From positions 4,145-68,144 of the forward strand of contig UQYI01000001.1 of the NCBI GenBank assembly GCA_900545265.1: 64,000 nucleotides of DNA, given 5' to 3'. Below are positions 53,149 to 61,673 of the stretch, piece by piece. Every line of letters starts with the position of its first letter. The stretch's first letter is position 1. The notes under the pieces are model-generated. The model did no database searches. It was given only the letters and a program-made list of their open reading frames with translations, and was not told the DNA's origin. Made by a program: the position numbers and the translations under genes. Origin of the DNA: an uncultured Eubacteriales bacterium. Lineage in GTDB: Bacteria; Bacillota; Clostridia; Christensenellales; CAG-138.

Positions 53149-54096
53149 TCAGTTCACGCAGTTCTGAGGCTGCCCTGCCAGAGCGCGGCGCAGGTTTTCC
53201 GCCGATACATCCAGTATCTGCTGCCGGGCCTCCCGGGTAGCCCAGGCGCAATGGCCGGAAAGCACGCAGTTAGGTGCCTTCAGCAGGGGATTGTGGACGG
53301 AAATGGGCTCTCTGGAAACCACATCAGCTCCATAGCCCCCCAGTTTTCCGGTGCTCAGGGCATTGGCCACGTCCTTTTCCACCACCAGGCTCCCCCGGCC
53401 GGTATTGATAAGGATGGCACCCGTGCGCATCATGGAAATGGTCTGCTCGTTCAGGAAGCCTATGGTATCCCCTTTGGCTGGGCAATGAAGGCTCACTACA
53501 TCGGCGGATCTCAAAAGGGTTTCCAAAGACACGTACTTGCCTGCAAACCCGGGCTTTTTGTGTGGATTGAAGCCCAGTACCTCCATGCCCATGGCTTTGG
53601 CGATCTCCGCCACCCGGCGGCCTATGGCGCCGCAGCCCACGATGCCCATGGTGCGGCCGTACAGGCTCACGGGAGTGCGCTCCCACCAGCAGAAGTCCGG
53701 ACAACTGGTCCACGCTCCCTGATGGATCCGGGCATTGTGGTAGCCCAGGTTCAGCGTCAGTTCCAGCAGCAGGCCGATGGCCGTTTGGGCCACGGGCTCC
53801 GTGGCATAACCGGGCACGTTGCACACGGGGATACCCAGTTCCCTTGCCCCTTTTATATCCACCACATCGTAGCCGGTGGCCAAAACGCCTATGAACTTCA
53901 GGTTGGGGTTGCCGGAAAGCTGCTCCCGGGTCAGGCACACTTTATTGGTAAATACGGCGTCGGCCCCTCGCAGGCGCTGGGAAACAAGGATGGCGTCGGT
54001 GCGGTCATATAAGGAAAGGGTGCCCTGCTCCCGGAGCCCGGACCAGTCCAGTTCCTCGGGCCGCAGGGATTTACTGTCCAATACCACTATCTGCAT
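53149..54096 (-). CDS. D-isomer-specific 2-hydroxyacid dehydrogenase (glycerate dehydrogenase-like)
   Basis: Trimmed to MQIVVLD, which follows AGGAGG. NAD motif GIVGCGAIGRRVA, and the R..G.L / E...H catalytic contexts. Confidence 0.85.
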   Translation of the reverse strand: MQIVVLDSKSLRPEELDWSGLREQGTLSLYDRTDAILVSQRLRGADAVFTNKVCLTREQLSGNPNLKFIGVLATGYDVVDIKGARELGIPVCNVPGYATEPVAQTAIGLLLELTLNLGYHNARIHQGAWTSCPDFCWWERTPVSLYGRTMGIVGCGAIGRRVAEIAKAMGMEVLGFNPHKKPGFAGKYVSLETLLRSADVVSLHCPAKGDTIGFLNEQTISMMRTGAILINTGRGSLVVEKDVANALSTGKLGGYGADVVSREPISVHNPLLKAPNCVLSGHCAWATREARQQILDVSAENLRRALAGQPQNCVN

Positions 54097-54239
54097 GGAA
54101 TTTCCTCCTGAAACGTGTCGAATGCTGTATGCATCATTGTATCCGCTTTCCCCCTTCCAGTCAAATGAAATATGCAGCTTTCCGGCTGCCGGTGCGTCCG
54201 TATACATAGAATCCCTGCGAAAAACTTCCCTGAAAACGA

Positions 54240-54400
54240 AATAGGGACGCGGGAATACGGAGAAGGTTCGTATACGAAAGTCAGGGGCGCTGGCTTTGGG
54301 CGCCTGCGGCGCCCAAAGGCCCGGCTGCCCTGCAGCCGGGCGGGCGGCGTCCCGCCGCCCAGCGCCCCCGCTCCCCGCTTCCCCTTTCCCTGAGTCTGTA
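54240..54400 (-). repeat. GC-rich multi-hairpin intergenic repeat, copy D (type I, inverted)
   Basis: The reverse complement reads GGGAAGCGGGGAGCGGGGGCGC..GGCGGCGGGACGCCGCC..CCCGGCTGC-agg-GCAGCCGGG..CTTTGGGCGCC-gca-GGCGCCCAAAG..GCGCCCCTGACTTTCGTATACGAA, collinear with copy A. Confidence 0.75.
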
Positions 54401-54419
54401 AACGCCGCCATCCGCTCTA

Positions 54420-54448
54420 TTGCAAAGCCCCGGGGAACGTGCTATAGT
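54420..54448 (+). promoter_or_regulatory. Candidate sigma-70 promoter of trkA-trkH
   Basis: TTGCAA, a 17-nt spacer, then TATAGT, 43 nt upstream of the trkA ATG. Confidence 0.5.
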
Positions 54449-54490
54449 ACAACCAACCTTATGAAATAGTGTAAAAAGGGGATTTTTACC

Positions 54491-55861
54491 ATGTTCATCC
54501 TTATTGTGGGCCAGGGCAAGGTAGGCTCCACCCTGGCGGCTCAGCTTTCCGCCGAGGGGCACGATCTGGTGCTCATCGATACAAACAGCGCCGTGTTGCA
54601 GCATTTGCAGGAGACGCTGGATGTGGCCACTCTGTGCGGCAATGGAGCGGCGGCGGATGTGCTGTTGGAGGCAGGAGCTGACCGGGCAGATCTGCTCATT
54701 GCCTGCACCAACGGCGACGAGGTGAACCTGCTCAGCTGCATGGTAGCCAAAAAGCTGGGGACGGAGAACACCATTGCCCGGGTGCGCAACCCGGAATATG
54801 ACTTTGATCTGCGGCTGCTGAAGGACGAGCTCCACGTTTCTCTGGTCATCAACCCGGAGCTTACCGCCGCCCGGGAGATATACCGCAATTTGCAGTTTCC
54901 CACATTCATGAAGCGGGATACCTTTGTGCGGGGCAAAGCGGATCTTGTGGAGCTGCGCATCGGCAAGGACAGCCCCCTGAACGGGCTACGTCTGGCTGAT
55001 CTGCCCAAAATCACCAAAGAAAAGGCTCTGATCTGCGCCGTGGAGCGGGAAGGCCGGCTGACCATTCCTCACGGCAGTTTTGTATTGCATCAGGAGGACA
55101 AGATCATCATTGCCGCCGTAGCCTCCGGTCTGGTGCGCTTTATCAAGGATCTGGGGCTGCCCCCCACCCGGATCCGTCGGGTCATGATCATCGGCGGCAG
55201 CCGCACGGCCATCCATGTGGCCAAAATGCTTATGAAGAGCCGGGTGCAGGTGACCATTATGGAAAACAACGCTCAGCGGGCCCGGGAACTGACCCTGGAA
55301 GTGCCGGAAGCCACCGTTCTTTTCGGCAACGGCACCTTTCAGGATGTACTGGTCAGCGAGGGCATACGGGATGTGGATGCCGTGCTGGCTCTGACGGGCA
55401 TAGACGAAGAAAATGTGATCATCTCCATGTTTGCCAACTACATGGGTGTGCCCAAAACCGTTACCAAGATCGCCCGGACGGAATTCATGGACGTATTCAC
55501 CCAGGCGGGACTGGATTCCATCGTCAGCCCCAAGCTGCTGACGGCCAACGAGATCATCCGCTACGTGCGGGCCATGAGCTCCAGCGCCGGGCAGAGCATG
55601 ATCGCCCTTTCCCGCATTATGGACAGTAAAGCCGAGGCTATGGAGTTTATCGTCCCCGGGGACGCCCCCTATGTGGGGATCCCCTTTAAGAACCTGACCA
55701 TACAGCCCAACACCATTGTGGCGGCCATTGCCCGAGGCCGGGAGGTCATCATTCCCTCCGGCGGCGATATGCTTCTGGGAGAAGACCGGGTAGTGGTCAT
55801 TACCGGCCGGGATAAATCCGTAGGCGGGCTGGAGGAGATCTTCCGGGGAGGCGTGCAATGA
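54491..55861 (+). CDS. trkA: Trk potassium uptake protein TrkA (two RCK/NAD units)
   Basis: MFILIVGQGKVGSTLA and a second unit VMIIGGSRTAIHVA. Overlaps trkH by 4 nt. Confidence 0.9.
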   Translation: MFILIVGQGKVGSTLAAQLSAEGHDLVLIDTNSAVLQHLQETLDVATLCGNGAAADVLLEAGADRADLLIACTNGDEVNLLSCMVAKKLGTENTIARVRNPEYDFDLRLLKDELHVSLVINPELTAAREIYRNLQFPTFMKRDTFVRGKADLVELRIGKDSPLNGLRLADLPKITKEKALICAVEREGRLTIPHGSFVLHQEDKIIIAAVASGLVRFIKDLGLPPTRIRRVMIIGGSRTAIHVAKMLMKSRVQVTIMENNAQRARELTLEVPEATVLFGNGTFQDVLVSEGIRDVDAVLALTGIDEENVIISMFANYMGVPKTVTKIARTEFMDVFTQAGLDSIVSPKLLTANEIIRYVRAMSSSAGQSMIALSRIMDSKAEAMEFIVPGDAPYVGIPFKNLTIQPNTIVAAIARGREVIIPSGGDMLLGEDRVVVITGRDKSVGGLEEIFRGGVQ

Positions 55862-57312
55862 ATGCCCGCTCCGTCCGTTACTATCTGGGGCACATCCTCC
55901 GCTGGGAAGCCGTTTTGATGCTTCCCTCCCTGTTTGTCTCTCTGTACGATGGGGAATGGGCGGCGGTAAAAGCCTTTTTGATCACCACGGCACTGCTGCT
56001 GGTGGTATCCACCTGCCTGCTGTATATCCGTCAGCAGGGCTCCCACAGCCTTCAGGCCCGGGAGGGCATGCTTACCGTGGGTCTGAGCTGGGTGCTCCTG
56101 TCTTTGTTTGGAGCCCTTCCTTTCACCCTTTGCGGGGATATCCCCCACTATATAGACGCAGTGTTTGAATCCGTCTCCGGCTTTACCACCACAGGGGCCA
56201 GCATCCTTTCAGATGTGGAGGCGCTCCACCGCGGGATGCTGTTCTGGCGGAGCTTTACTCATTGGGTGGGCGGTATGGGCGTGCTGGTATTCGTAATGGC
56301 CATTATCCCCCTGAGCAAGGGCAACGGAGATTCCCTTCATCTGCTCCGGGCGGAAAGCCCCGGCCCCTCCGTGGGAAAGGTAACGCCCACCATGTCCAAA
56401 AACTCCCGGGTGCTGTACGCCATCTATGTGGGCATGACACTGGTGACCATTCTGCTTCTGCTTCTGGACGGGATGCCCCTCTTTGACAGCCTGTGCAACG
56501 CCTTTGGAGCGGCGGGTACCGGAGGCTTTTCCATCAAAAACAACGGCATGAACGGCTACAGCGCCCTGTCCCAATCCATTATTACGGTGGCCATGCTGCT
56601 GTTTGGGGTAAACTTTTCCATATATTACCTTCTGCTGACCCGGGAAGCCAAACGGGCCTTTAAGGATGAAGAGCTGCGGTGGTACCTGGCCATTGTACTT
56701 CTGGCGGTAGGAGCCATTGTGATCAACGTAAAGGGCATATTCCCTTCGTTTTGGGCGGCCGTGCACCATGTGTTCTTTACCGTTTCTTCCATCATCACCA
56801 CCACGGGATATGTCACGGTGGACTTTAACCTGTGGCCGGAATTTTCCCGGTGGATACTGCTGCTGTTGATGATCCTGGGGGCTTGTGCAGGCTCTACCGG
56901 CGGCGGCACCAAGGTCTCCCGGCTGATCATGCTTTTCAAGAGCCTGAAGAACGAGGTGGCCTCCATGATGCGGCCCCGGTCCGTCCATACGGTGCGCATC
57001 AACGGCAAGCTGGTGGAGGAAAGCACCATTAAGGGCGTATATGTGTTTTATCTCACCTATCTGTTCATTGCGCTGGTTTCCCTGCTGTTTGTTTCCACGG
57101 ATAATTTTGACGGCATGACTACCTTTTCCTCCGTCATTGCCTGTTTGGGCAATATCGGTCCGGGGCTTAACCTGGTGGGGCCTACGGGGAACTTCGGCGC
57201 CTACAGCGATCTGAGCAAAATCGTTCTTTCTCTGGACATGCTGTTCGGCCGGCTGGAGATCTTCCCCCTGCTGCTGCTGTTCAGCCCTGCTGCCTGGAGC
57301 CGCCGGGGCTGA
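55858..57312 (+). CDS. trkH: Trk potassium uptake membrane protein TrkH
   Basis: 484 aa, polytopic, with TrkH-type selectivity loops (SGFTTTGAS, TGGFS, TTTGY, GSTGGG). Confidence 0.9.
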   Translation: MNARSVRYYLGHILRWEAVLMLPSLFVSLYDGEWAAVKAFLITTALLLVVSTCLLYIRQQGSHSLQAREGMLTVGLSWVLLSLFGALPFTLCGDIPHYIDAVFESVSGFTTTGASILSDVEALHRGMLFWRSFTHWVGGMGVLVFVMAIIPLSKGNGDSLHLLRAESPGPSVGKVTPTMSKNSRVLYAIYVGMTLVTILLLLLDGMPLFDSLCNAFGAAGTGGFSIKNNGMNGYSALSQSIITVAMLLFGVNFSIYYLLLTREAKRAFKDEELRWYLAIVLLAVGAIVINVKGIFPSFWAAVHHVFFTVSSIITTTGYVTVDFNLWPEFSRWILLLLMILGACAGSTGGGTKVSRLIMLFKSLKNEVASMMRPRSVHTVRINGKLVEESTIKGVYVFYLTYLFIALVSLLFVSTDNFDGMTTFSSVIACLGNIGPGLNLVGPTGNFGAYSDLSKIVLSLDMLFGRLEIFPLLLLFSPAAWSRRG

Positions 57313-57355
57313 GGGATCGCCTATTCTGTTAAAGCTTATATCCCTGCTGGGGCCC

Positions 57356-58243
57356 ATGGCGCTTCTCATCGGGCTGGGGTGTCTGTGCAGAAGAAAAAAT
57401 ACCTTCTCCCCGGAAGAGATAGGCGGACTGAAAAAGCTGGTGGCCCGGGTGCTGCTGCCCTTTCTGGTATTTACTTCCTTTGCCACGGTGGAGCTGGAAG
57501 TGCGCACTCTGCTGCTGCCCCTGCTCAGCGCCCTGATCTTCCTGGGCGCTTTTGGGATGGGGAAACTGTGCCGCACGCTGCCGGGGATCTATGGAGAATA
57601 CCACCCCTTTGTGGCCGGCTCTACCGAAGCAGGCATGGTGGGATACGGGCTGTTTGCCATGCTCTTCGGAAAAGAGAGCCTTCCTTACTTTGTTATCTTT
57701 GATGCGGGGCAATCCCTGATCTTTTTCACGGTATATCTGCCTGCGCTGCGGCGGTTCACCGAAGGGAAGGGAACCTTTCAGCTCCGCTCCCTGCTGAAGG
57801 ATCCGCTGCTGCTGAGTATGCTTCTGGGCCTGGCCGCCAATGTGACCGGCCTGTGGCAGCTGCTGTGCGCTTCCCCGGCGGGGCCGGCAGCCGAGGATAT
57901 TCTGGCCGTTCTTTCGACCCCCGTATCCTGCATCATGCTGTTTGCCGTGGGCTATGGACTGCAGCCGGACAGAGATACCCTGAAGCCGGTATGCCGCTCA
58001 GCCCTGCTGCGCATAGGATATATGCTGCCCATGAGTCTTGGCCTTATGGCACTGATCCGGCATCTGGGCATGGACGTCCGGTATGCCTGGGGCGCCTTGC
58101 TGTTCTTTGCTTTGCCCCCCAGCTATCTGCTTTCGGCCTATGTGCGGGAGGAACGGCCCCAGCACTATGTCAATACCTTTTTGAGCCTGTATGTGCTCTA
58201 TACTCTGGCCGTGGCGCTGAGCATCGCCCTCTTCGCCGCCTAA
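57356..58243 (+). CDS. AEC (auxin efflux carrier) family transporter, N-terminus uncertain
   Basis: Polytopic, with AEC-like LLIGLGCLCRR and LPFLVF. The frame stays open and hydrophobic upstream of the ATG (PILLKLISLLGP) with no ATG/GTG/TTG. Confidence 0.7.
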   Translation: MALLIGLGCLCRRKNTFSPEEIGGLKKLVARVLLPFLVFTSFATVELEVRTLLLPLLSALIFLGAFGMGKLCRTLPGIYGEYHPFVAGSTEAGMVGYGLFAMLFGKESLPYFVIFDAGQSLIFFTVYLPALRRFTEGKGTFQLRSLLKDPLLLSMLLGLAANVTGLWQLLCASPAGPAAEDILAVLSTPVSCIMLFAVGYGLQPDRDTLKPVCRSALLRIGYMLPMSLGLMALIRHLGMDVRYAWGALLFFALPPSYLLSAYVREERPQHYVNTFLSLYVLYTLAVALSIALFAA

Positions 58244-58262
58244 AGAAGGCTTCCGTAAACGC

Positions 58263-58298
58263 AAACGCCCCGCCGTCAAATGACTGCGGGGCGTTTTA
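58263..58298 (+). terminator. Rho-independent terminator after the AEC gene
   Basis: AAACGCCCCGC-cgtcaaatgact-GCGGGGCGTTT followed by TAT. Confidence 0.7.
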
Positions 58299-58329
58299 TG
58301 TGTGCGGATCCGAGTTGCATTTCTCCGTG

Positions 58330-58590
58330 CTGCCCGGAGGCCGCCGGAACGGGGCCGCTGCCTTGCGAAGGTGCGTACAGGCGGAACGTGGGGGCGCATG
58401 TTCCGGCGGCTCCGCCGCCGGAACGCTGCGTGGGCAAAGCCCCCGCAGGCGTGCCCGAAGGGCACGCAATGCGCCCCCAGCCCCCGAGCCGACGCAGCCG
58501 GGAGCAGCCGGGTACCAGCCCCCGTGTGCCTCCGGCCGGCACAGATACGGAAAAACCCCTGCCGCAGATAAAAAGGGAAACCGGCTGACC
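58330..58590 (+). repeat. GC-rich multi-hairpin intergenic repeat, copy E (type II)
   Basis: GGGGGCGCATG; GTTCCGGCGG-ctccg-CCGCCGGAAC; GCGTGCCC-gaa-GGGCACGC; AATGCGCCCCC. It lies just 3' of rph. Confidence 0.7.
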
Positions 58591-58618
58591 GATCTCCCCG
58601 CTGCGGCTGTAATAAACG

Positions 58619-59341
58619 CTATTTTCCCAGTATCGCCCGCTGCTTTTCCATCAGGGTGCGGATACCCGCCTCCCCCAAAGCCAGCAGTGCATCCAGTTCC
58701 CGGCGAGAAAAAGAGCGTCCTTCTCCCGTGCCCTGGATCTCGATAAACTCTCCGGCTTCGTTCATCACCAGGTTCATATCCACCTGCGCCCGGGAATCCT
58801 CCTGATAGCACAGATCCAGCAGTGGCCTGTCTCCCTCCAATCCCACGGACACGGCTGCGATCTGATGACATATGGGGTCTGCCTGAAGCCTGCCTTCCTT
58901 CAGCCAGCGATCCACTCCCAGCCGCAGGGCCGCCCAGGCTCCGGTAATGGAAGCCGTGCGGGTGCCGCCGTCAGCCTGAAGCACATCGCAGTCGATATAG
59001 ATCACGTTCTCCCCCAGAGCCTGCCTGTCCAGCGCCTGCCGGAGACTCCGGCCGATGAGCCTCTGTATCTCCGTGGAGCGGCCGTCTTTTTTGATGCCGT
59101 CCCGCTTTTTTCTGTCCCCGGTAGAACTGGGCAGCATGGCATATTCCGCCGTCAGCCAACCCATTCCCGTATTTTTCAAAAAGGGCATAGCCCCCTCCTC
59201 CAGCAAGGCGGTGCACAGCACCCGGGTTTCTCCCCAGTTGATGAGCACGGAGCCCCCTTTGGTTTTGGTAAAATCCGGTATCAGCTCCACGGGCCGCAGT
59301 TCTGCCGCCCCTCTGCCGTCAAAGCGCATGAAATCCTCCAT
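58619..59341 (-). CDS. rph: Ribonuclease PH
   Basis: MRFDGRGAAELRPVEL...GSVLINWGETRVLCTA...DCDVLQADGGTRTASITGA. Confidence 0.9.
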   Translation of the reverse strand: MEDFMRFDGRGAAELRPVELIPDFTKTKGGSVLINWGETRVLCTALLEEGAMPFLKNTGMGWLTAEYAMLPSSTGDRKKRDGIKKDGRSTEIQRLIGRSLRQALDRQALGENVIYIDCDVLQADGGTRTASITGAWAALRLGVDRWLKEGRLQADPICHQIAAVSVGLEGDRPLLDLCYQEDSRAQVDMNLVMNEAGEFIEIQGTGEGRSFSRRELDALLALGEAGIRTLMEKQRAILGK

Positions 59342-59429
59342 CTTTCCCCTGCTTTCCGGGCCAGTGCCCTGTTTTTCCTTATACTAACACGATAGTAGGA
59401 GATTGTCTATTCCGGAAAACGCACAGCTC

Positions 59430-59580
59430 GAAAACCGTCCGGCTCCGGGGAAGGGCGCTGCGCTTTGGCAAAGCCAAAGACAGCGGGCCCCGCTTGCTGG
59501 GCCCGCTGGGGCGGCGTACCGCCGCTCGCAGCGCCTCCTCCGTCTATGCGCAGGCCTTCGATCTTTCACCGATTGCCCGC
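59430..59580 (-). repeat. GC-rich multi-hairpin intergenic repeat, copy F (type I, inverted, diverged)
   Basis: The reverse complement has GCGGCGGTACGCCGCC, GGGCCC..GGGCCC, CTTTGGC-ttt-GCCAAAG and GCAGCGCCCTTCCCC..GGTTTTCG, in the same module order as copies A and D. Confidence 0.55.
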
Positions 59581-59611
59581 CCAGCGAACCCGTTTTGCTC
59601 ATGTTTTTCCG

Positions 59612-59650
59612 TATAGAAAAAGCCGCCGGAGCTTCCGCACCGGCGGCTTC
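59612..59650 (-). terminator. Rho-independent terminator after clpX
   Basis: Minus strand reads AAGCCGCCGG-tgcggaagct-CCGGCGGCTT followed by TTTCTAT. Confidence 0.75.
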
Positions 59651-59676
59651 TTGCCATGTTTGTTTTCGCCTGCAGC

Positions 59677-61032
59677 TCACGCTCTGGGAGCGGCGGCAGG
59701 GGCCGCAGTCCGGCGGGGACGGCGGGTGGTCTTGGGGGGCTCGGTGAGCTCCTCTTTGGGGGCGGTGAGCTCCTCCGGGGCATGGATCAGCAGGGGGGCA
59801 GCGGTCTTATTGATCACGTCTGCGTTGATCTGACATTCCACAATACCTTCCTGAGAGGGAATGTCATACATCACGTCCTGCATGATGTCTTCCATAATGG
59901 CCCGCAAGCCACGGGCGCCGGTCTTACGCTCAATAGCCTTGTGCGCCACGGCCCGAAGGGCATCATCCGTAATGGTCAGCTGCACGCCGTCCATCTCAAA
60001 CAGCCGCTTATACTGGCGGGACAGGGCATTTTTAGGCTCGGTGAGAATGTTCACCAGCGCATCCTCGTCCAGACTCTCCAGCGTAACGATAACGGGCACC
60101 CGGCCGATAAACTCGGGGATCAGGCCGAACTTGAGCAGATCCTCCGGAAGGATCTGTTTGAGCACCTGACCCACGTCCTTATCCTCTTTGGACTGGATGG
60201 GTGCGCCAAAGCCCAGCATCTTCTGGCCTGTGCGGCGCTCGATGATCTTTTCGATACCCGTAAAGGCGCCGCCGCAGATAAAGAGAATATTGGTGGTATC
60301 GATCTGCAGACACTCCTGCTGAGGATGCTTCCGGCCGCCCTGGGGCGGTACGTTGGCTACCGTGCCCTCCAGGATCTTCAGCAGCGCCTGCTGCACTCCT
60401 TCCCCGGAAACGTCCCGGGTAATGGATACGTTTTCTCCCTTGCGGGCGATCTTGTCGATCTCATCGATATACACAATACCGTGCTCGGCCCGGCTCATAT
60501 CATAATCCGCTGCCTGAATGAGCTTGAGGAGGATATTCTCCACATCGTCGCCCACATAGCCCGCCTCGGTCAAAGAGGTAGCGTCGGCCACGGCAAAGGG
60601 TACATCCAGTATCTTGGCCAGAGTTTGTGCCAACAGGGTCTTGCCGCAGCCCGTGGGCCCCAGCATCACGATATTGCTTTTCTGCAGCTCCACATCGTCG
60701 TCGGTCTGGGGGGCACGCACCCGCTTGTAGTGGTTGTATACCGCCACCGCCAAAGCTTTTTTAGCGCTCTGCTGGCCAATGACATACTGATCCAGCGCCG
60801 CTACGATCTCGTGGGGCTTGGGGATCTGCTGCAGGGGAGCCTGCCGGTCGCCTTGCTGCCGCTCGTTGACCATATCCTCCTGGACGATCTCCCGGCACAG
60901 CTCCACGCACTCGTTGCAGATATACACATTGGGGCCGGCAATGAGCTTTTTGACCTCGCCCCGCCGCTTCCCGCAGAAGCTGCAGCGGACATCGTCAAAG
61001 GAGTCTTTTCCGGAACCGCCGTATTTGCTCAT
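59677..61032 (-). CDS. clpX: ATP-dependent Clp protease ATP-binding subunit ClpX
   Basis: Zinc finger CSFCGK...CNEC, Walker A GPTGCGKT, and IVYIDEIDK. It carries an extra Pro/Ala/Arg-rich C-terminal tail. Confidence 0.95.
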   Translation of the reverse strand: MSKYGGSGKDSFDDVRCSFCGKRRGEVKKLIAGPNVYICNECVELCREIVQEDMVNERQQGDRQAPLQQIPKPHEIVAALDQYVIGQQSAKKALAVAVYNHYKRVRAPQTDDDVELQKSNIVMLGPTGCGKTLLAQTLAKILDVPFAVADATSLTEAGYVGDDVENILLKLIQAADYDMSRAEHGIVYIDEIDKIARKGENVSITRDVSGEGVQQALLKILEGTVANVPPQGGRKHPQQECLQIDTTNILFICGGAFTGIEKIIERRTGQKMLGFGAPIQSKEDKDVGQVLKQILPEDLLKFGLIPEFIGRVPVIVTLESLDEDALVNILTEPKNALSRQYKRLFEMDGVQLTITDDALRAVAHKAIERKTGARGLRAIMEDIMQDVMYDIPSQEGIVECQINADVINKTAAPLLIHAPEELTAPKEELTEPPKTTRRPRRTAAPAAAPRA

Positions 61033-61052
61033 GTATGCTTGTTTCCTTTCTT

Positions 61053-61637
61053 TTACCGCCGGGGTGCGATGACCTCGTCTACCAGGCCGTAAGCCCTGGC
61101 TTCCTCGGCAGTCATGTAGTTATCCCGCTCCGTATCCGCCCGGATGGTATCCAGCGGCTGACCGGTGCGCTTGGAGAGGATCTCATTGAGACGGGTCTTG
61201 ATCTTCAGGATCTGCTCCGCCACGATGGAAATATCCGTTGCCTGCCCCTGGGCGCCGCCGGAGGGCTGGTGGATCATGATCTCGGCATTTTCCAGGGCTT
61301 TGCGCTTGCCCTTGGCCCCCGCCGCCAGCAGGAAGGCGCCCATGCTGGCCGCCATGCCCACGCAGATAGTGGAGACCTCGCAGCGGATATACTGCATGGT
61401 ATCATAGATAGCCAGACCCGCGCTGACGGATCCCCCGGGGCTGTTGATGTACAGAAAGATATCCTTATCGGGATCGTCCGCCTCCAGGAAGAGCATCTGG
61501 GCGATGACGGCATTGGCCACATCGTCGTTGATCTCTCCTCCCAGAAAAATGATCCGGTCCTTCAGCAGCCGGGAATAGATATCATAGGAGCGTTCGCCCC
61601 GGCTGGTTTGCTCCACCACATAGGGGATCAGGTTCAT
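61053..61637 (-). CDS. clpP: ATP-dependent Clp protease proteolytic subunit ClpP
   Basis: Catalytic contexts [11 protein letters not shown] (Ser) and IMIHQP (His). Confidence 0.95.
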   Translation of the reverse strand: MNLIPYVVEQTSRGERSYDIYSRLLKDRIIFLGGEINDDVANAVIAQMLFLEADDPDKDIFLYINSPGGSVSAGLAIYDTMQYIRCEVSTICVGMAASMGAFLLAAGAKGKRKALENAEIMIHQPSGGAQGQATDISIVAEQILKIKTRLNEILSKRTGQPLDTIRADTERDNYMTAEEARAYGLVDEVIAPRR

Positions 61638-61673
61638 AGTGTCCTCCTTCTAGTATACTCACGGGGGAGAAGG

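Noticed and set aside
54097-54411. N-terminal 105-residue extension of the dehydrogenase ORF (53149-54411)
   Set aside because: The extension runs through repeat copy D and has Gly/Ala/Pro/Arg junk composition. A strong AGGAGG precedes MQIVVLD at 54096, which matches normal dehydrogenase length.
40330-59580. Whether the recurring GC-rich palindromes could be a CRISPR array
   Set aside because: The copies are kilobases apart in separate intergenic regions, occur in both orientations, have no regular repeat-spacer periodicity, and have no cas genes nearby.
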